This document shows positions 1 through 9,429 of a stretch of DNA of 64,000 nucleotides, piece after piece. Source of the stretch: Candidatus Latescibacterota bacterium. Lineage in GTDB: Bacteria > Latescibacterota > UBA2968 > GCA-2709665. Both the position numbers and the translations under genes were made by a program. Under the pieces are notes generated by a model. It was not told the DNA's origin, made no database searches, and saw nothing but the letters and a program-made list of their open reading frames with translations. The DNA is taken from assembly GCA_965237675.1 (NCBI GenBank), contig OZ250150.1:1152001-1216000 (forward strand), given 5' to 3'. Positions within the stretch are counted from its first letter, which is position 1; each line of letters starts with the position of its first letter.

Positions 1-68
1 ATCCATGTACCCGAACATCTGTTATCCATGTACCCGAACATCTGTTATCCATGTACCCGGTTTGTACA
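1..68. repeat. 23-bp tandem repeat (ATCCATGTACCCGAACATCTGTT, about 2.6 copies, cut by the window edge), possibly an IS terminus
   Basis: Copies at 1-23, 24-46 and a partial copy at 47-59, followed by GTTTGTACA. An ACA end with repeated subterminal motifs resembles IS481/IS21-type ends (inference). Confidence 0.6.
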
Positions 69-78
69 GGCGCACACG

Positions 79-118
79 AAAAAAGAGCTCTTCAGCGTGT
101 TTTCACGCCAAAGAGCCC
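79..118 (-). terminator. Rho-independent terminator downstream of citrate synthase
   Basis: Minus strand GGGCTCTTTGGCGTG-AAAA-CACGCTGAAGAGCTC followed by TTTTTT. Confidence 0.75.
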
Positions 119-195
119 ATATAGCCAAGTTGTAAAGGCCGGCGGCTCTTACATCCCCGGCCGTTCATTGAGCCGCGTGGTGTCGGATCCGTCTC

Positions 196-1506
196 CTACC
201 TCTCTCCGATCGACGCATAGTCCCGGTGGTCTTCACCGATATAGACCTGCCGCGGACGTGCGATACGCTGTTCCCGGTCGTTAAGCATCTCCTTCCACTG
301 CGCCAGCCACCCGGGCATCCGGCCCAATGCGAACATAACGGTCATCATGTCCGTTGGCAGTCCCATGGCCTGATAGATGATGCCTGAATAGAAATCCACA
401 TTCGGATACAGCTTGTGAGAGACGAAATAATCGTCTTCCAGCGCAATGCGTTCCAATTCCAGAGCAATGTCGATGAGCGGATTCCTGCCGGTCACCTCGA
501 ACACCGCGTTGGCGGTCTGCTTGATGATCGCGGCTCTGGGATCGTAGTTCTTATATACCCGGTGCCCAAAGCCCTGCAGGCGCACTTCCCGGTTATGCAC
601 CCGCTTAATGTAGGACGGGATATTATCCACCGACCCGATCTCATTCAGCATCTTTAGCACAGCTTCATTCGCGCCGCCGTGCGCCGGCCCGTAGAGTGCG
701 GCAGCGGCGCCGGCCGCGGAGGAGTACGCGTCTGCGCCCCCGCTGCCGATGCCGCGCATGGTGCTGGCGCTGCAGTTCTGTTCGTGGTCGGCGTGCAATA
801 TCAGAAGGACCTCCACCGCGCGTTCCAATGCCGGATCCGGAGTATTGTCGTCAGATCCGCCGAACATCATTCTCAGAAAGTTGCCGCAATACCCCGCCGA
901 GGGATCCGGATCCACAAAGTCAAGTCCCTGGCTCCGGCGGTACACCATTGCCGCAACCACGGAAGCCCAGCCGATCAATCGCCGAATATGCTGTTCCCGT
1001 GCGTCGTCGGAACTGACGTCCCTTGCGTTTTCGAAAAACGTCGACAATGATCCCAGCACCCCCACCAGCATACCCATTGCGTGAGAGCCCGCCCGATACC
1101 CGTTCACCAGTTGGGTCAGCTTCGGGTCGGCTGTCACGTTCGCCATAATCGACTCGCTCCACGCATCCAGTTGCATCCGGCCGGGAAGTTCTCCATCCAA
1201 CAACAGATATGCCGTTTCCAGGTGGGTGCTGTGCTCGGCGAGTTGCTCGATCGGATATCCACGATATCGGAGAATGCCCATTTCTCCGTCGATAAATGTC
1301 ACGGCGCTCTGACACGAGCCCGTATTCAGGTAGGACGGATCGTATCCGAGCAACCCGAAATCATCCTCCGATACTTTGATCTGTTTCAGATCCGCGGTTC
1401 TGATCGCGGCGCCATATTCGGGGTACGTGCCGTAAAGAATGGGAACATGGTAAGTCTTGCCGGTCCGATTATCCGTTATCGATAGGGAGTCGTTGTTCAT
1501 CCACAC
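196..1506 (-). CDS. gltA: Citrate synthase
   Basis: Motifs GILRYRGYPI, ILHADHEQNCS, GPAHGGANE, GFGHRVYKNYDPRA, LYPNVDFYSG. Confidence 0.97.
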   Translation of the reverse strand: MWMNNDSLSITDNRTGKTYHVPILYGTYPEYGAAIRTADLKQIKVSEDDFGLLGYDPSYLNTGSCQSAVTFIDGEMGILRYRGYPIEQLAEHSTHLETAYLLLDGELPGRMQLDAWSESIMANVTADPKLTQLVNGYRAGSHAMGMLVGVLGSLSTFFENARDVSSDDAREQHIRRLIGWASVVAAMVYRRSQGLDFVDPDPSAGYCGNFLRMMFGGSDDNTPDPALERAVEVLLILHADHEQNCSASTMRGIGSGGADAYSSAAGAAAALYGPAHGGANEAVLKMLNEIGSVDNIPSYIKRVHNREVRLQGFGHRVYKNYDPRAAIIKQTANAVFEVTGRNPLIDIALELERIALEDDYFVSHKLYPNVDFYSGIIYQAMGLPTDMMTVMFALGRMPGWLAQWKEMLNDREQRIARPRQVYIGEDHRDYASIGER

Positions 1507-1536
1507 AATTCCTTTCAGATCGTCTTTCCCTGCCGG

Positions 1537-2205
1537 TCAGGCCCGAACCGCGTAGATCATACTTTCAAGCGGTGTTCCGGTCAGGTTATGGTCACACGTT
1601 TGTTGTCGAGTCACCCCGCCGAAAACTCTCTCCAGCGCACGTTCGTACGAATTGCTGGCCACCTGGCTCCAGATCGCCAGCGTTCCTCCCGGGCGCAGCC
1701 TCGTTCGGAGTGCCTGCAGTGTGGAAACGCTATACGCACGCCGGCTTTCCGAACGCACGACCCGGTCGGGACCATTGTCGATATCCAGTACGATGCCGTG
1801 GTAGCTTCGGGGATTGCCCTGAATGTAATCGCAAAAATCGCCGACCACCACTTCCGTGCGCGCATCGTCCAGAATATCGGCATTGCTCAGGTATTCGCGA
1901 TTCCAGTTTACAATTCGCGAATCCAGTTCCACGACACACACGGAACGCACATTCGAATAGGCGAGCGCCTGCCGAAGGGAGATTCCCAACCCCAGACCGC
2001 CGATAAGAACGTTGATGTGCCTGTGGGACTTCAATGTTTCCAGGACGGTGTCCATCAATGCCCGATCGGACGAGGCATTGTAGGTGGCCATCAGGAAAAC
2101 GCCGTTGAAGATAAGTTCGAAATGGGTGACCGTGCCGGCCTTCACGGACGCCAGCTGTAAGTCACCCTGACGGGTGGTTGAATGCTGCACAACCCATCGT
2201 TCCAT
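1537..2205 (-). CDS. Spermidine synthase-like SAM-dependent methyltransferase
   Basis: VLIGGLGLG SAM motif, VVELD, LDIDNGPD, LRPGG; start placed at MERWVV. Confidence 0.8.
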   Translation of the reverse strand: MERWVVQHSTTRQGDLQLASVKAGTVTHFELIFNGVFLMATYNASSDRALMDTVLETLKSHRHINVLIGGLGLGISLRQALAYSNVRSVCVVELDSRIVNWNREYLSNADILDDARTEVVVGDFCDYIQGNPRSYHGIVLDIDNGPDRVVRSESRRAYSVSTLQALRTRLRPGGTLAIWSQVASNSYERALERVFGGVTRQQTCDHNLTGTPLESMIYAVRA

Positions 2206-2428
2206 TGCCAGCCCCTGAAACGCCCCATCAGCCACCTTCTCTATCGAAGTCAGAATAGGCACGATATTAAGATAATGTAGAATTGAAATTTGACAAGCAA
2301 ATTTGGACTCAATGACAGGGGGCCAAGGGGTTAAATGGCTTGACAATTTTCGATGCGCATTTAGATTGCCCGTCTGGTGCAACTCCGCCCGACAAATCCA
2401 CGATTTTTCCAGACAATGAGGTCAATCA

Positions 2429-3274
2429 GTGGTCTTACCGGATAGATCCGATTCCTTGCGAGTGGATGAAATCGAACGGGTGAACCACGCAATAATCCGG
2501 GGGCGCTTTCGCTCGGTACTTTTCGATTTCGACGGAACGCTCTCGCTGATCCGCCAGGGTTGGCGGGAAATCATGGTTCCGATGATGGTGGCAACGCTTG
2601 GTGAATGCAACACCGGCGAGACCAGGGCGCAACTTTCCCATGTAGTCGCTGATTTTGTCGACCGGCTGACCGGAAAGCAAACCATTTACCAGATGATGAA
2701 GCTTGGCGAGGAGGTTCAGAAACGCGGAGGCACGCCTCCGGATCCGGTCGCCTACAAACACCGGTATCACGAACGGCTTAACCGTCATATACGTAACCGC
2801 GTTAACGGCCTCCTTTCCAGTAAAATTGCACCGGAAGATATCATGGTGCCAAAGTCGCTGAATCTTCTTCGCAATTTGCAACGCCGGGGACTTACGCTTT
2901 ATCTGGCAAGTGGAACCGACGAGGTGTACGTTAAAGAAGAGGCCGCCCTGCTGGGGCTGACACCGTTCTTTGAAGACCGCGTCTACGGCGCGCTTGATCA
3001 ATATCATAGTTTTTCCAAGGAGAGGGTGATTCAGGATCTGATTGTATCACAGGGCATAGAAGGCGAGGAACTGTTGGGCTTTGGCGATGGATACGTGGAA
3101 ATTGAAAACGTGAAGTCGGCGGGCGGAACGGCCGTGGGCGTCGCATCGGATGAGGAACGCCGCCGGGGGGTGAATGCCTGGAAACGGGAACGGTTGATAC
3201 AGGCGGGGGCGGATCTGATCGTACCGGACTTTCGGAGCCAGGAATTACTCGTGGACTATCTCCTCGATGCTTAG
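2429..3274 (+). CDS. HAD-superfamily hydrolase
   Basis: FDFDGTLS motif I, LASGT motif II, GFGDGYVE motif IV. Confidence 0.88.
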   Translation: MVLPDRSDSLRVDEIERVNHAIIRGRFRSVLFDFDGTLSLIRQGWREIMVPMMVATLGECNTGETRAQLSHVVADFVDRLTGKQTIYQMMKLGEEVQKRGGTPPDPVAYKHRYHERLNRHIRNRVNGLLSSKIAPEDIMVPKSLNLLRNLQRRGLTLYLASGTDEVYVKEEAALLGLTPFFEDRVYGALDQYHSFSKERVIQDLIVSQGIEGEELLGFGDGYVEIENVKSAGGTAVGVASDEERRRGVNAWKRERLIQAGADLIVPDFRSQELLVDYLLDA

Positions 3275-3349
3275 TATTCTGTCCCGGAAATAGATTGCCG
3301 GGCCGCTGACGAGAACAGAACGCTCCCGTTACGGCCCAATTTTTTCGTT

Positions 3350-4381
3350 ATGACTTCTTCCGCTCTGAAAAATCTTCTGGATAATTTTCCGGACCTTTCC
3401 ATTCTCGTGGTCGGGGATTATTTCCTGGATCGATACCTCGTTATCGACCCGGATCTCGCGGAAATCTCCCTGGAGACGGGGCGGGAGGCCAGGCAGGTCG
3501 TGCAGGTCCGCAACCGGCCCGGAGCAGCCGGCACGGTGACCAGCAACCTTTGTGCCCTCGGCGTGGGGCGGATTCGAGCGCTGGGGGCGATCGGGGAGGA
3601 TGGGCAGGGGTACGACCTGAAGGCGGGCCTGCTTGCGACTGGCGTGGATACGCGGCATCTGATCGAGGTTTCGGATCTCGTCACGCCAACCTATACAAAG
3701 CCGATTCTCAGCACGACCGGGCAGGAGATGGAGCGACTGGATATCAAGAATCGCTCGCCCATCCACGGCGACGTTGAAAATCGCATCCTCACCACCCTGG
3801 AATCGCTCCTGAGCGAGGTCCACGGCGTGGTCGTGCTCGACCAGGTCCAGGAACGGAATTGTGGTGTGATTACGGATCGCGTTCGGGCGGGAATCGCGCG
3901 CCTCGCAGCGGTGTATCCGGAAATCGTGTTTCTGGCGGATTCCCGTTCACGCGTCGCTGCGTTCAGGAACGTGGTCGCCAAGCCCAACCGCGATGAGGCC
4001 CTCCAGGCGGTGTCCGAAAATTCCGGCACCGAAGCCGAGGCCTGTCTGAACGCCGCCATTCGGTCTTTTGTCGATCGCACCGGACGACCCGTCTATATTA
4101 CACTTGGCCCGGAGGGTATCCTCTGTGACGATGGGAACGCGATTCGCCACGTCCCGGGCATTACAGTGCCCGATCCCATCGATACTGTGGGTGCAGGGGA
4201 TAGCGTTTCCGCCGGGATCATTTCGGCGCTTTGTGCGGGTGCGTCTTACGTCGATGCGGCACGGGTCGGGGTGCTCGTGTCGTCCATTACCATCCAGCAG
4301 ATCGGGACAACCGGCACCGCCTCGCCCGAACAGGTGCTTCGACGGTTCGAGGAATCCTGTCAGGATGCCTGGTTCCTGTAG
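3350..4381 (+). CDS. PfkB-family carbohydrate kinase (HldE/RfaE kinase-like)
   Basis: VVGDYFLD, PGAAG, KPNRDEA, DTVGAGD. Confidence 0.88.
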   Translation: MTSSALKNLLDNFPDLSILVVGDYFLDRYLVIDPDLAEISLETGREARQVVQVRNRPGAAGTVTSNLCALGVGRIRALGAIGEDGQGYDLKAGLLATGVDTRHLIEVSDLVTPTYTKPILSTTGQEMERLDIKNRSPIHGDVENRILTTLESLLSEVHGVVVLDQVQERNCGVITDRVRAGIARLAAVYPEIVFLADSRSRVAAFRNVVAKPNRDEALQAVSENSGTEAEACLNAAIRSFVDRTGRPVYITLGPEGILCDDGNAIRHVPGITVPDPIDTVGAGDSVSAGIISALCAGASYVDAARVGVLVSSITIQQIGTTGTASPEQVLRRFEESCQDAWFL

Positions 4382-4450
4382 GGGCGACCCACGGGTCGCC
4401 CGCCTGTCCGCGTACACGTTGCATTTGTAGGGGCGGTTCGCGAACCGCCC
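4378..4450 (+). repeat. Pair of GTAG-type REP palindromes
   Basis: GTAG-GGGCGACCC-AC-GGGTCGCCC (4378-4401) and GTAG-GGGCGGTTCGCGAACCGCCC (4427-4450); a related copy lies at 19331-19359. Confidence 0.7.
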
Positions 4451-4697
4451 GAATGGTACGGTGAAAGGGGACGGCGGTCCCTCAAGTTTCACCTCTCACC
4501 CGCCCGGTTGTGGGGAAGGGGAGTTTCCCGCTCTATCCAGCGATTCGCCTCTCGCGCATCCGGTCTGGGGGTTGGGGGTTTTTCCGCGCTAAACCGTCCA
4601 GCAACGCATTTCAGTAACGCTTACGACGTACGCAGGGCACCGACATTCGTATTTTTCCCTGCGGTGTTTCGCGGAAAAACCGGCTCCGCGCCGTGCG

Positions 4698-4778
4698 GCC
4701 TGCCTGCGCCGAGCCGTGCTCGGCAGGCAGGCGCCGTTCTTTTTGGCCCTTTTTCTTTGGCGAGAAAGAAAAAGGGCA
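4698..4778. repeat. CCTGCC...GGCAGG palindrome plus GCCCTTTTTCTTT/AAAGAAAAAGGGC hairpin (REP/MITE-like)
   Basis: Inverted repeats read directly; related CCTGCC palindromes at 35790-35825 and 38649-38681. Confidence 0.55.
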
Positions 4779-4831
4779 TAGAAAAAAGAAAGGAAGGGAG
4801 GGGGGTAGAAATAGTATCGCAGCGAAGCGTT

Positions 4832-5455
4832 CTAAATATCAAAATGCGCTTCGAGTCGCTCGGGAAGGGACGTCCACCATGCGTCTCCGGCCGAGAGACG
4901 GAGGATGTGCGTGTTACCCGGAACGTCGTTTGCGCCAAGGCCTTTTTCGAAGACGATCGTGCGGGGGTCGCGCTCGAGAAATTTCCCGATGCGTGCTTCC
5001 AGGCGCTCCCGGGTTCGGATGATGCAGGCGCCGGTCAGTTCGGCGGCCGGCAGGTCGAGCAGGTGGTCGACGTTCCAGTGCAGGTTCTTGAGTCTTTTTC
5101 GAGTGAGATTTCCGTCTCCGAGACCGATGGCATTGAATCGCCGCAGCATTTCGTCCCGGATGTTGTGAGGTCGCCTTCGGCCGGTCCGGGTGGCGTGGCG
5201 GACCAGCCGGTTGGCCAGTGACGCGGGGCCCTTCTGTGACATGGCGGACCCGACGTACACGTACTCACCCGCCGGAAGCGTTATGATTTTTCCTCGTTTG
5301 AATCCGCCAAAAGAAAGCGCGGCACTCTCCTTGAGTCGAATCCGCAATACATAAGACCCGCCCTGGAAATCGCCGCCCAGAAAGACGATGGAGGATGCCT
5401 CAGGATTCACGTCAAGCACTTTGTTAATGCAGCGCACGTTGGAACTGCCCCACAT
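4832..5455 (-). CDS. DUF123 / GIY-YIG (Uri) superfamily endonuclease
   Basis: GSYVLRI...GEYVYVGSA...RLVRH...LHWNVDHLL pattern; the true start may be a little downstream. Confidence 0.75.
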   Translation of the reverse strand: MWGSSNVRCINKVLDVNPEASSIVFLGGDFQGGSYVLRIRLKESAALSFGGFKRGKIITLPAGEYVYVGSAMSQKGPASLANRLVRHATRTGRRRPHNIRDEMLRRFNAIGLGDGNLTRKRLKNLHWNVDHLLDLPAAELTGACIIRTRERLEARIGKFLERDPRTIVFEKGLGANDVPGNTHILRLSAGDAWWTSLPERLEAHFDI

Positions 5456-6607
5456 TTACCAGTCGGCACGCAAAGAGCGCCTCAATTCGTCGTACCTTTT
5501 CGCTTCCCACGCCTGATAGTCTTCTGGTGCACGCCAGAATTCCTGCCATGCCGAGTTCAGGAGACCCACGATTGGCGTCAACGCGCCTGGCTTTGCTGTC
5601 ACCACACCGGTCCCTTCGACTCCTTCTTTTGTCGCCGAGACGACTTTCGATAGCAACTCTTCGGGGTAACACTGACGGTATTCGGGCTCTACTTTGTAGC
5701 CCATTATCTCAACGAAATCCCGCCAGGCCGTATCGATCCGCTCCACTTCCCCACCGAAGCCGTTCGCCGTCAGCATCGACAGCATCGCACGCATACGTGC
5801 ATCGTCTGCCGGGTGCGTTGATACAAACTTCAGAGGAGTCTCGAAGGGATCACCACCGCGTTTTACACATAGGTGATAATGAGACCAGGCAAAGGCCGGT
5901 CCTGTTGTCAGCACACCGAAGAGGTCACAGAAAAACTCTTCCATCCAGTATTTCGTCCACGAAGTTTCCCACAAACGTAGTTGATAGACCTTTCCCTTCG
6001 GCTTGTTTATGCGTTCGGCGGCTGTGATTTCACCTCTAAAGTACTCTACCATGTGAAACAGGTTTCGCTTGTAGGCCGCATGGTATGATACAAGAGCCGG
6101 AAGATCTAGTTTCTGCTTGTAATGAAACGGATGGCAAAGTTCGTGATAAATATCTGGGAGATGAAGCAGAAACCGGCTCTCGATTAAAGGCAAACAGAGA
6201 AGATTAAAGTCCCGATAAATATGAAAATAGCCCTGAGAGATATGGCTAACGACTGGGCGAATCAGAGGATACATTATCTCGCCGCAAACATCCGTAATCA
6301 GGCGGTTAAGGAACTCATCGTCTCGACTCACCCGGCTGAGGGCGAATGCGCCGACGTTTTCAACATTGTTGAGTTGACTTACAATGCGTTTAAATTCTCT
6401 CACTCGCCGGGGTGTCTGTAACGCCGTATCGACAATCGTCTCCGCGGACAATCGTTGTAGAGAAGCCTGCGACTCGTTGAGTTGTTTCAAACAGATCTTC
6501 CGCAATCTGTCATATTCGCACGGGTATTTCCCCTGTACGATTTGGCGTAACTGACGCGCCCGCTCGAGTGATTGGTCAATGGACCCGGTCAAGTACTTCT
6601 CGACCAT
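5456..6607 (-). CDS. Argonaute-operon protein with zincin-type metalloprotease motifs (M48/Lit-like)
   Basis: HELCH (HExxH), downstream EEFFCD and THPADDARM; ATG overlaps the upstream stop (TGATG). Confidence 0.7.
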   Translation of the reverse strand: MVEKYLTGSIDQSLERARQLRQIVQGKYPCEYDRLRKICLKQLNESQASLQRLSAETIVDTALQTPRRVREFKRIVSQLNNVENVGAFALSRVSRDDEFLNRLITDVCGEIMYPLIRPVVSHISQGYFHIYRDFNLLCLPLIESRFLLHLPDIYHELCHPFHYKQKLDLPALVSYHAAYKRNLFHMVEYFRGEITAAERINKPKGKVYQLRLWETSWTKYWMEEFFCDLFGVLTTGPAFAWSHYHLCVKRGGDPFETPLKFVSTHPADDARMRAMLSMLTANGFGGEVERIDTAWRDFVEIMGYKVEPEYRQCYPEELLSKVVSATKEGVEGTGVVTAKPGALTPIVGLLNSAWQEFWRAPEDYQAWEAKRYDELRRSLRADW

Positions 6608-6972
6608 CAATGCCCCCGAATTCGCCGGGCAATGTCCGCCCGTTCCTGTTCCAGTCTCTGAGCAAGGCTTTCTAACTTTTCGTGATAGCTAATATCAACC
6701 TGGCCATTGAGTAGACACTTGCCAAGCGCTTTCAGGCCGACGAAGGGGTCGCCGGTGTTTGACCGAAGCAAGCTGTCCAGGGTCAGCGCTTCAACGGATT
6801 GGGATTTGAGACCCTGATCGCTGGCATCGACAAGAAGCTGACCGAGTTTCAACTGATCTGGATCCGGCGAAAAAGTTCCGCCCTCTTCAAGGCGTTCAAT
6901 TACCCTGTCTATCAAGCTGCCATATTCCTCCACATCGGCGTAAACCCCCCTCAGCAAACTCAAATCACTCAT
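6607..6972 (-). CDS. Small alpha-helical hypothetical protein in the Argonaute operon
   Basis: 121-aa ORF with an ATGA overlap with the Argonaute stop and an overlap with the next gene. Confidence 0.75.
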   Translation of the reverse strand: MSDLSLLRGVYADVEEYGSLIDRVIERLEEGGTFSPDPDQLKLGQLLVDASDQGLKSQSVEALTLDSLLRSNTGDPFVGLKALGKCLLNGQVDISYHEKLESLAQRLEQERADIARRIRGH

Positions 6973-9344
6973 TTTACGACCTCCTCCTGAAGATGGGCAC
7001 TTGCAAACTCGATGGCGTCTTGATCGTATTCCGCGGCTTCGTCGAACAGGCTGCGATCACATAACTTGATCGAGACCGGCAGACGCGTCGCACCTTCCGG
7101 GCGAGTCCAAGTCAGACAGCTAAGTGAAAAAACATCGGACAGGCAATGTTCGAGGGGCATTTCACCAGCCGCGCGGCGGACATGTAGTGGATTGGACGTC
7201 CCCGGAATCCAAAATGGTCTTCCGGTTGTACTTACGAAGCCTTCGTTTGGAGCAGTTTGAATCCAATTTCCGACCAACGGGTTCTCGACATTGATCCCGT
7301 GGGCGTTACCTGAAGGCTTCACATCAAACAGCCGCAGTGGTGCTGGCGCGGACTTGGCTATTTCAACGACTGTGAGCTGCCAGTCCTGGTCGAGTTGCCC
7401 TTCTATAGATAGCCGCCGACATGCTTCTTCTAGCCCTTTGATTTCCGACGGCCATGTCCGTCCGTCGCGATGCACCACGACATGTTTTGGGCGATTGCTC
7501 AAATGGTGTTTTTCTTGGCGGATGAGATCACTCACGAACTGTGTAACTTGATTCTTTAGCAATTGTTCTTTTTGACGGGATGAACTCGTGGAAAGTCTAA
7601 TTATCTCACCTCCATTTGCAATCATCGTGAAGGCAGCGGTGTTATTCTTGACGTCAATCCCGATCACTACATCAGCATGTAACGGTTTATCGAGAATAAA
7701 CGGCCATTTACCATTGGTGAGTAGAATCTTATTGAGCGCGACGTTGCGAAGGTAAGCGAGGAAACGGGCGCGCTCACTTTCCTTTAATCTGTAGCTTGTT
7801 TCGTCCTTTATTGTTAAACTCGCGTACGACTTCCTTGCCATTTGCGTGTGAATAACAGCTGCGTTCAGCCCGAATACATCTGGAAATTCCTTTACGGTCC
7901 ACGCCACCAGTTGATCTTCAGATCTTGTCCGGCGATCATAACGATGCACCATTACGAGAGCGTAGCCTGGCCTGACTCTGGCAGTTTCAACTGCCTTTCT
8001 GATCGCACTCGTCTGACCGACGAAATCACGTTTGAAATTAAGGTCGTCATATACTATCACGTAAGGATTGTAACCACCTCCGTCGGGATAGAGGTTTTCA
8101 ACCTGTTTTCTAAGGTCTTCGAGAAACTTCGGACCATAGCTATTCTCAACACTCTTGGGTAGCACGAGGTATTGCCGATCCAGGAAGTTCTTCACGAAGA
8201 AACCCGCGTTCTCGTCCCCCAATAATGCTAGCCTCTTTCGCCCATAATCTTTAATTGCTAAGTCCGCATCGCGTTCTTTGTCTACAAGGCGTAGCGTTAC
8301 ACCATTTCCAAAACGCAAGTCAGGTGGTAAGAACGGTTTCGTTGTTATACGCCCCGGACAATCCGAAACCGAGAGATTGGCGTCTCTGACCCGCACGCGA
8401 CTCAGAAACATCTTAACGAGTCGTTTAATCTGACTGTGCCGTACTTTAGGTTCTATAACCGTCTCGTGTTGATATTTGGCGCCCTCTCGGGTGTGCGTAT
8501 CTTCGACTAGATGGCAGAGCGCTGCTGGTGCTGAACGTTGTTCCGGTCCATTTGTGCGATAATAAATCGCAGCACCATCTGGCGATAGATTTGCGATCGA
8601 TGGAGGTACCGGTTTGGGTGAAGTTCTGTTTAGATAATCGATCAAACTAACCACTTCTCTCTCAAGTGGTATCGAGGGAGTGCCGATATCCATATCGACA
8701 AGGCCGGAGAGAGTAACCTCGAACCAATTGCGTCCCATCTTATAGACGCATGATCGACCTTTGAGCTCGTTGATCTGCTCTCGCTTCGCTCCCGTTGGTA
8801 GCGGAGATCTCGAGACGAGTTTACGCCGAAGATCTGCTACAAGGCCAAAACCACCCTCTGGGTGTAATACGGTACGCATAGCGAAGCCTTCGTAAAGGTC
8901 AATCTTGCCCAGTTTTTTCTCCGGTTTCTTAAAAAAGAATGGCTGTCCAGCTCCTGGCTGCCAGAGGCGCGAATCCTTCCAGAGCACTCCCTGAAAAATA
9001 AACTGAAGGAAGCGTAAACGGACGGGGTCGAGATCCGGATCGGTCGTTGTGAAATCAAGATCTATTGTCTCTCGAGTGTCTTTCAACGTAACGACGACGC
9101 CAACAAGCATGACAAGATTTGGCGGATCCCCATATCCGGTTGGAATTGCCAAAAAGGCCTCGCTCTTCCTGTCGTAGGTAGTCACCGGTGCCTTCATCTG
9201 AAAGCTCAACTGCCGGATGAGCCGTTGTACATTGGCATAATAGTCTAACCCATCTCTTTGCAGACCAGCGATTTGGTACAGACGGTATGTTGAATTTAAC
9301 GCATCTAAGCCATCAATGCGAAAGCAATTCGTTTCAATAGACAT
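6969..9344 (-). CDS. ago: Long prokaryotic Argonaute (about 791 aa), predicted catalytically active
   Basis: PIWI motifs VIGIDV, QKEQ, VVHRDGR, VEIAKS, PLHV, LSCLTW, RLPVSIKLCD. Length fits N-PAZ-MID-PIWI. Start at MSIETN preceded by GGAGA. The ORF-track extension to 9467 runs into the IS. Confidence 0.92.
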   Translation of the reverse strand: MSIETNCFRIDGLDALNSTYRLYQIAGLQRDGLDYYANVQRLIRQLSFQMKAPVTTYDRKSEAFLAIPTGYGDPPNLVMLVGVVVTLKDTRETIDLDFTTTDPDLDPVRLRFLQFIFQGVLWKDSRLWQPGAGQPFFFKKPEKKLGKIDLYEGFAMRTVLHPEGGFGLVADLRRKLVSRSPLPTGAKREQINELKGRSCVYKMGRNWFEVTLSGLVDMDIGTPSIPLEREVVSLIDYLNRTSPKPVPPSIANLSPDGAAIYYRTNGPEQRSAPAALCHLVEDTHTREGAKYQHETVIEPKVRHSQIKRLVKMFLSRVRVRDANLSVSDCPGRITTKPFLPPDLRFGNGVTLRLVDKERDADLAIKDYGRKRLALLGDENAGFFVKNFLDRQYLVLPKSVENSYGPKFLEDLRKQVENLYPDGGGYNPYVIVYDDLNFKRDFVGQTSAIRKAVETARVRPGYALVMVHRYDRRTRSEDQLVAWTVKEFPDVFGLNAAVIHTQMARKSYASLTIKDETSYRLKESERARFLAYLRNVALNKILLTNGKWPFILDKPLHADVVIGIDVKNNTAAFTMIANGGEIIRLSTSSSRQKEQLLKNQVTQFVSDLIRQEKHHLSNRPKHVVVHRDGRTWPSEIKGLEEACRRLSIEGQLDQDWQLTVVEIAKSAPAPLRLFDVKPSGNAHGINVENPLVGNWIQTAPNEGFVSTTGRPFWIPGTSNPLHVRRAAGEMPLEHCLSDVFSLSCLTWTRPEGATRLPVSIKLCDRSLFDEAAEYDQDAIEFASAHLQEEVVK

Positions 9345-9429
9345 ACGGCTTCTCCCAGCAAATGTTGCGAAATGCACAGCGTTGGCAGGTTTCTGCATGA
9401 ACGGCGGTTCGGAAATCTTCGACATATAG
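9334..9429 (-). pseudogene. Detached 3' end of the Cas4-like nuclease gene
   Basis: Translates LYVEDFRTAVHAETCQRCAFRNICWEKPYVY*, carrying the CxxC-x5-C Fe-S ligands; in frame with 11119-11967 once the IS is removed. Confidence 0.85.

Noticed and set aside
1-59. Possible CRISPR array
   Set aside because: The repeats are directly adjacent with no spacers. No CRISPR array or cas1/cas2 is visible in the window, so the Cas4-like gene is not treated as CRISPR-Cas.
4508-5221. 237-aa plus-strand ORF
   Set aside because: It runs through repeat hairpins and antisense to the DUF123 gene.
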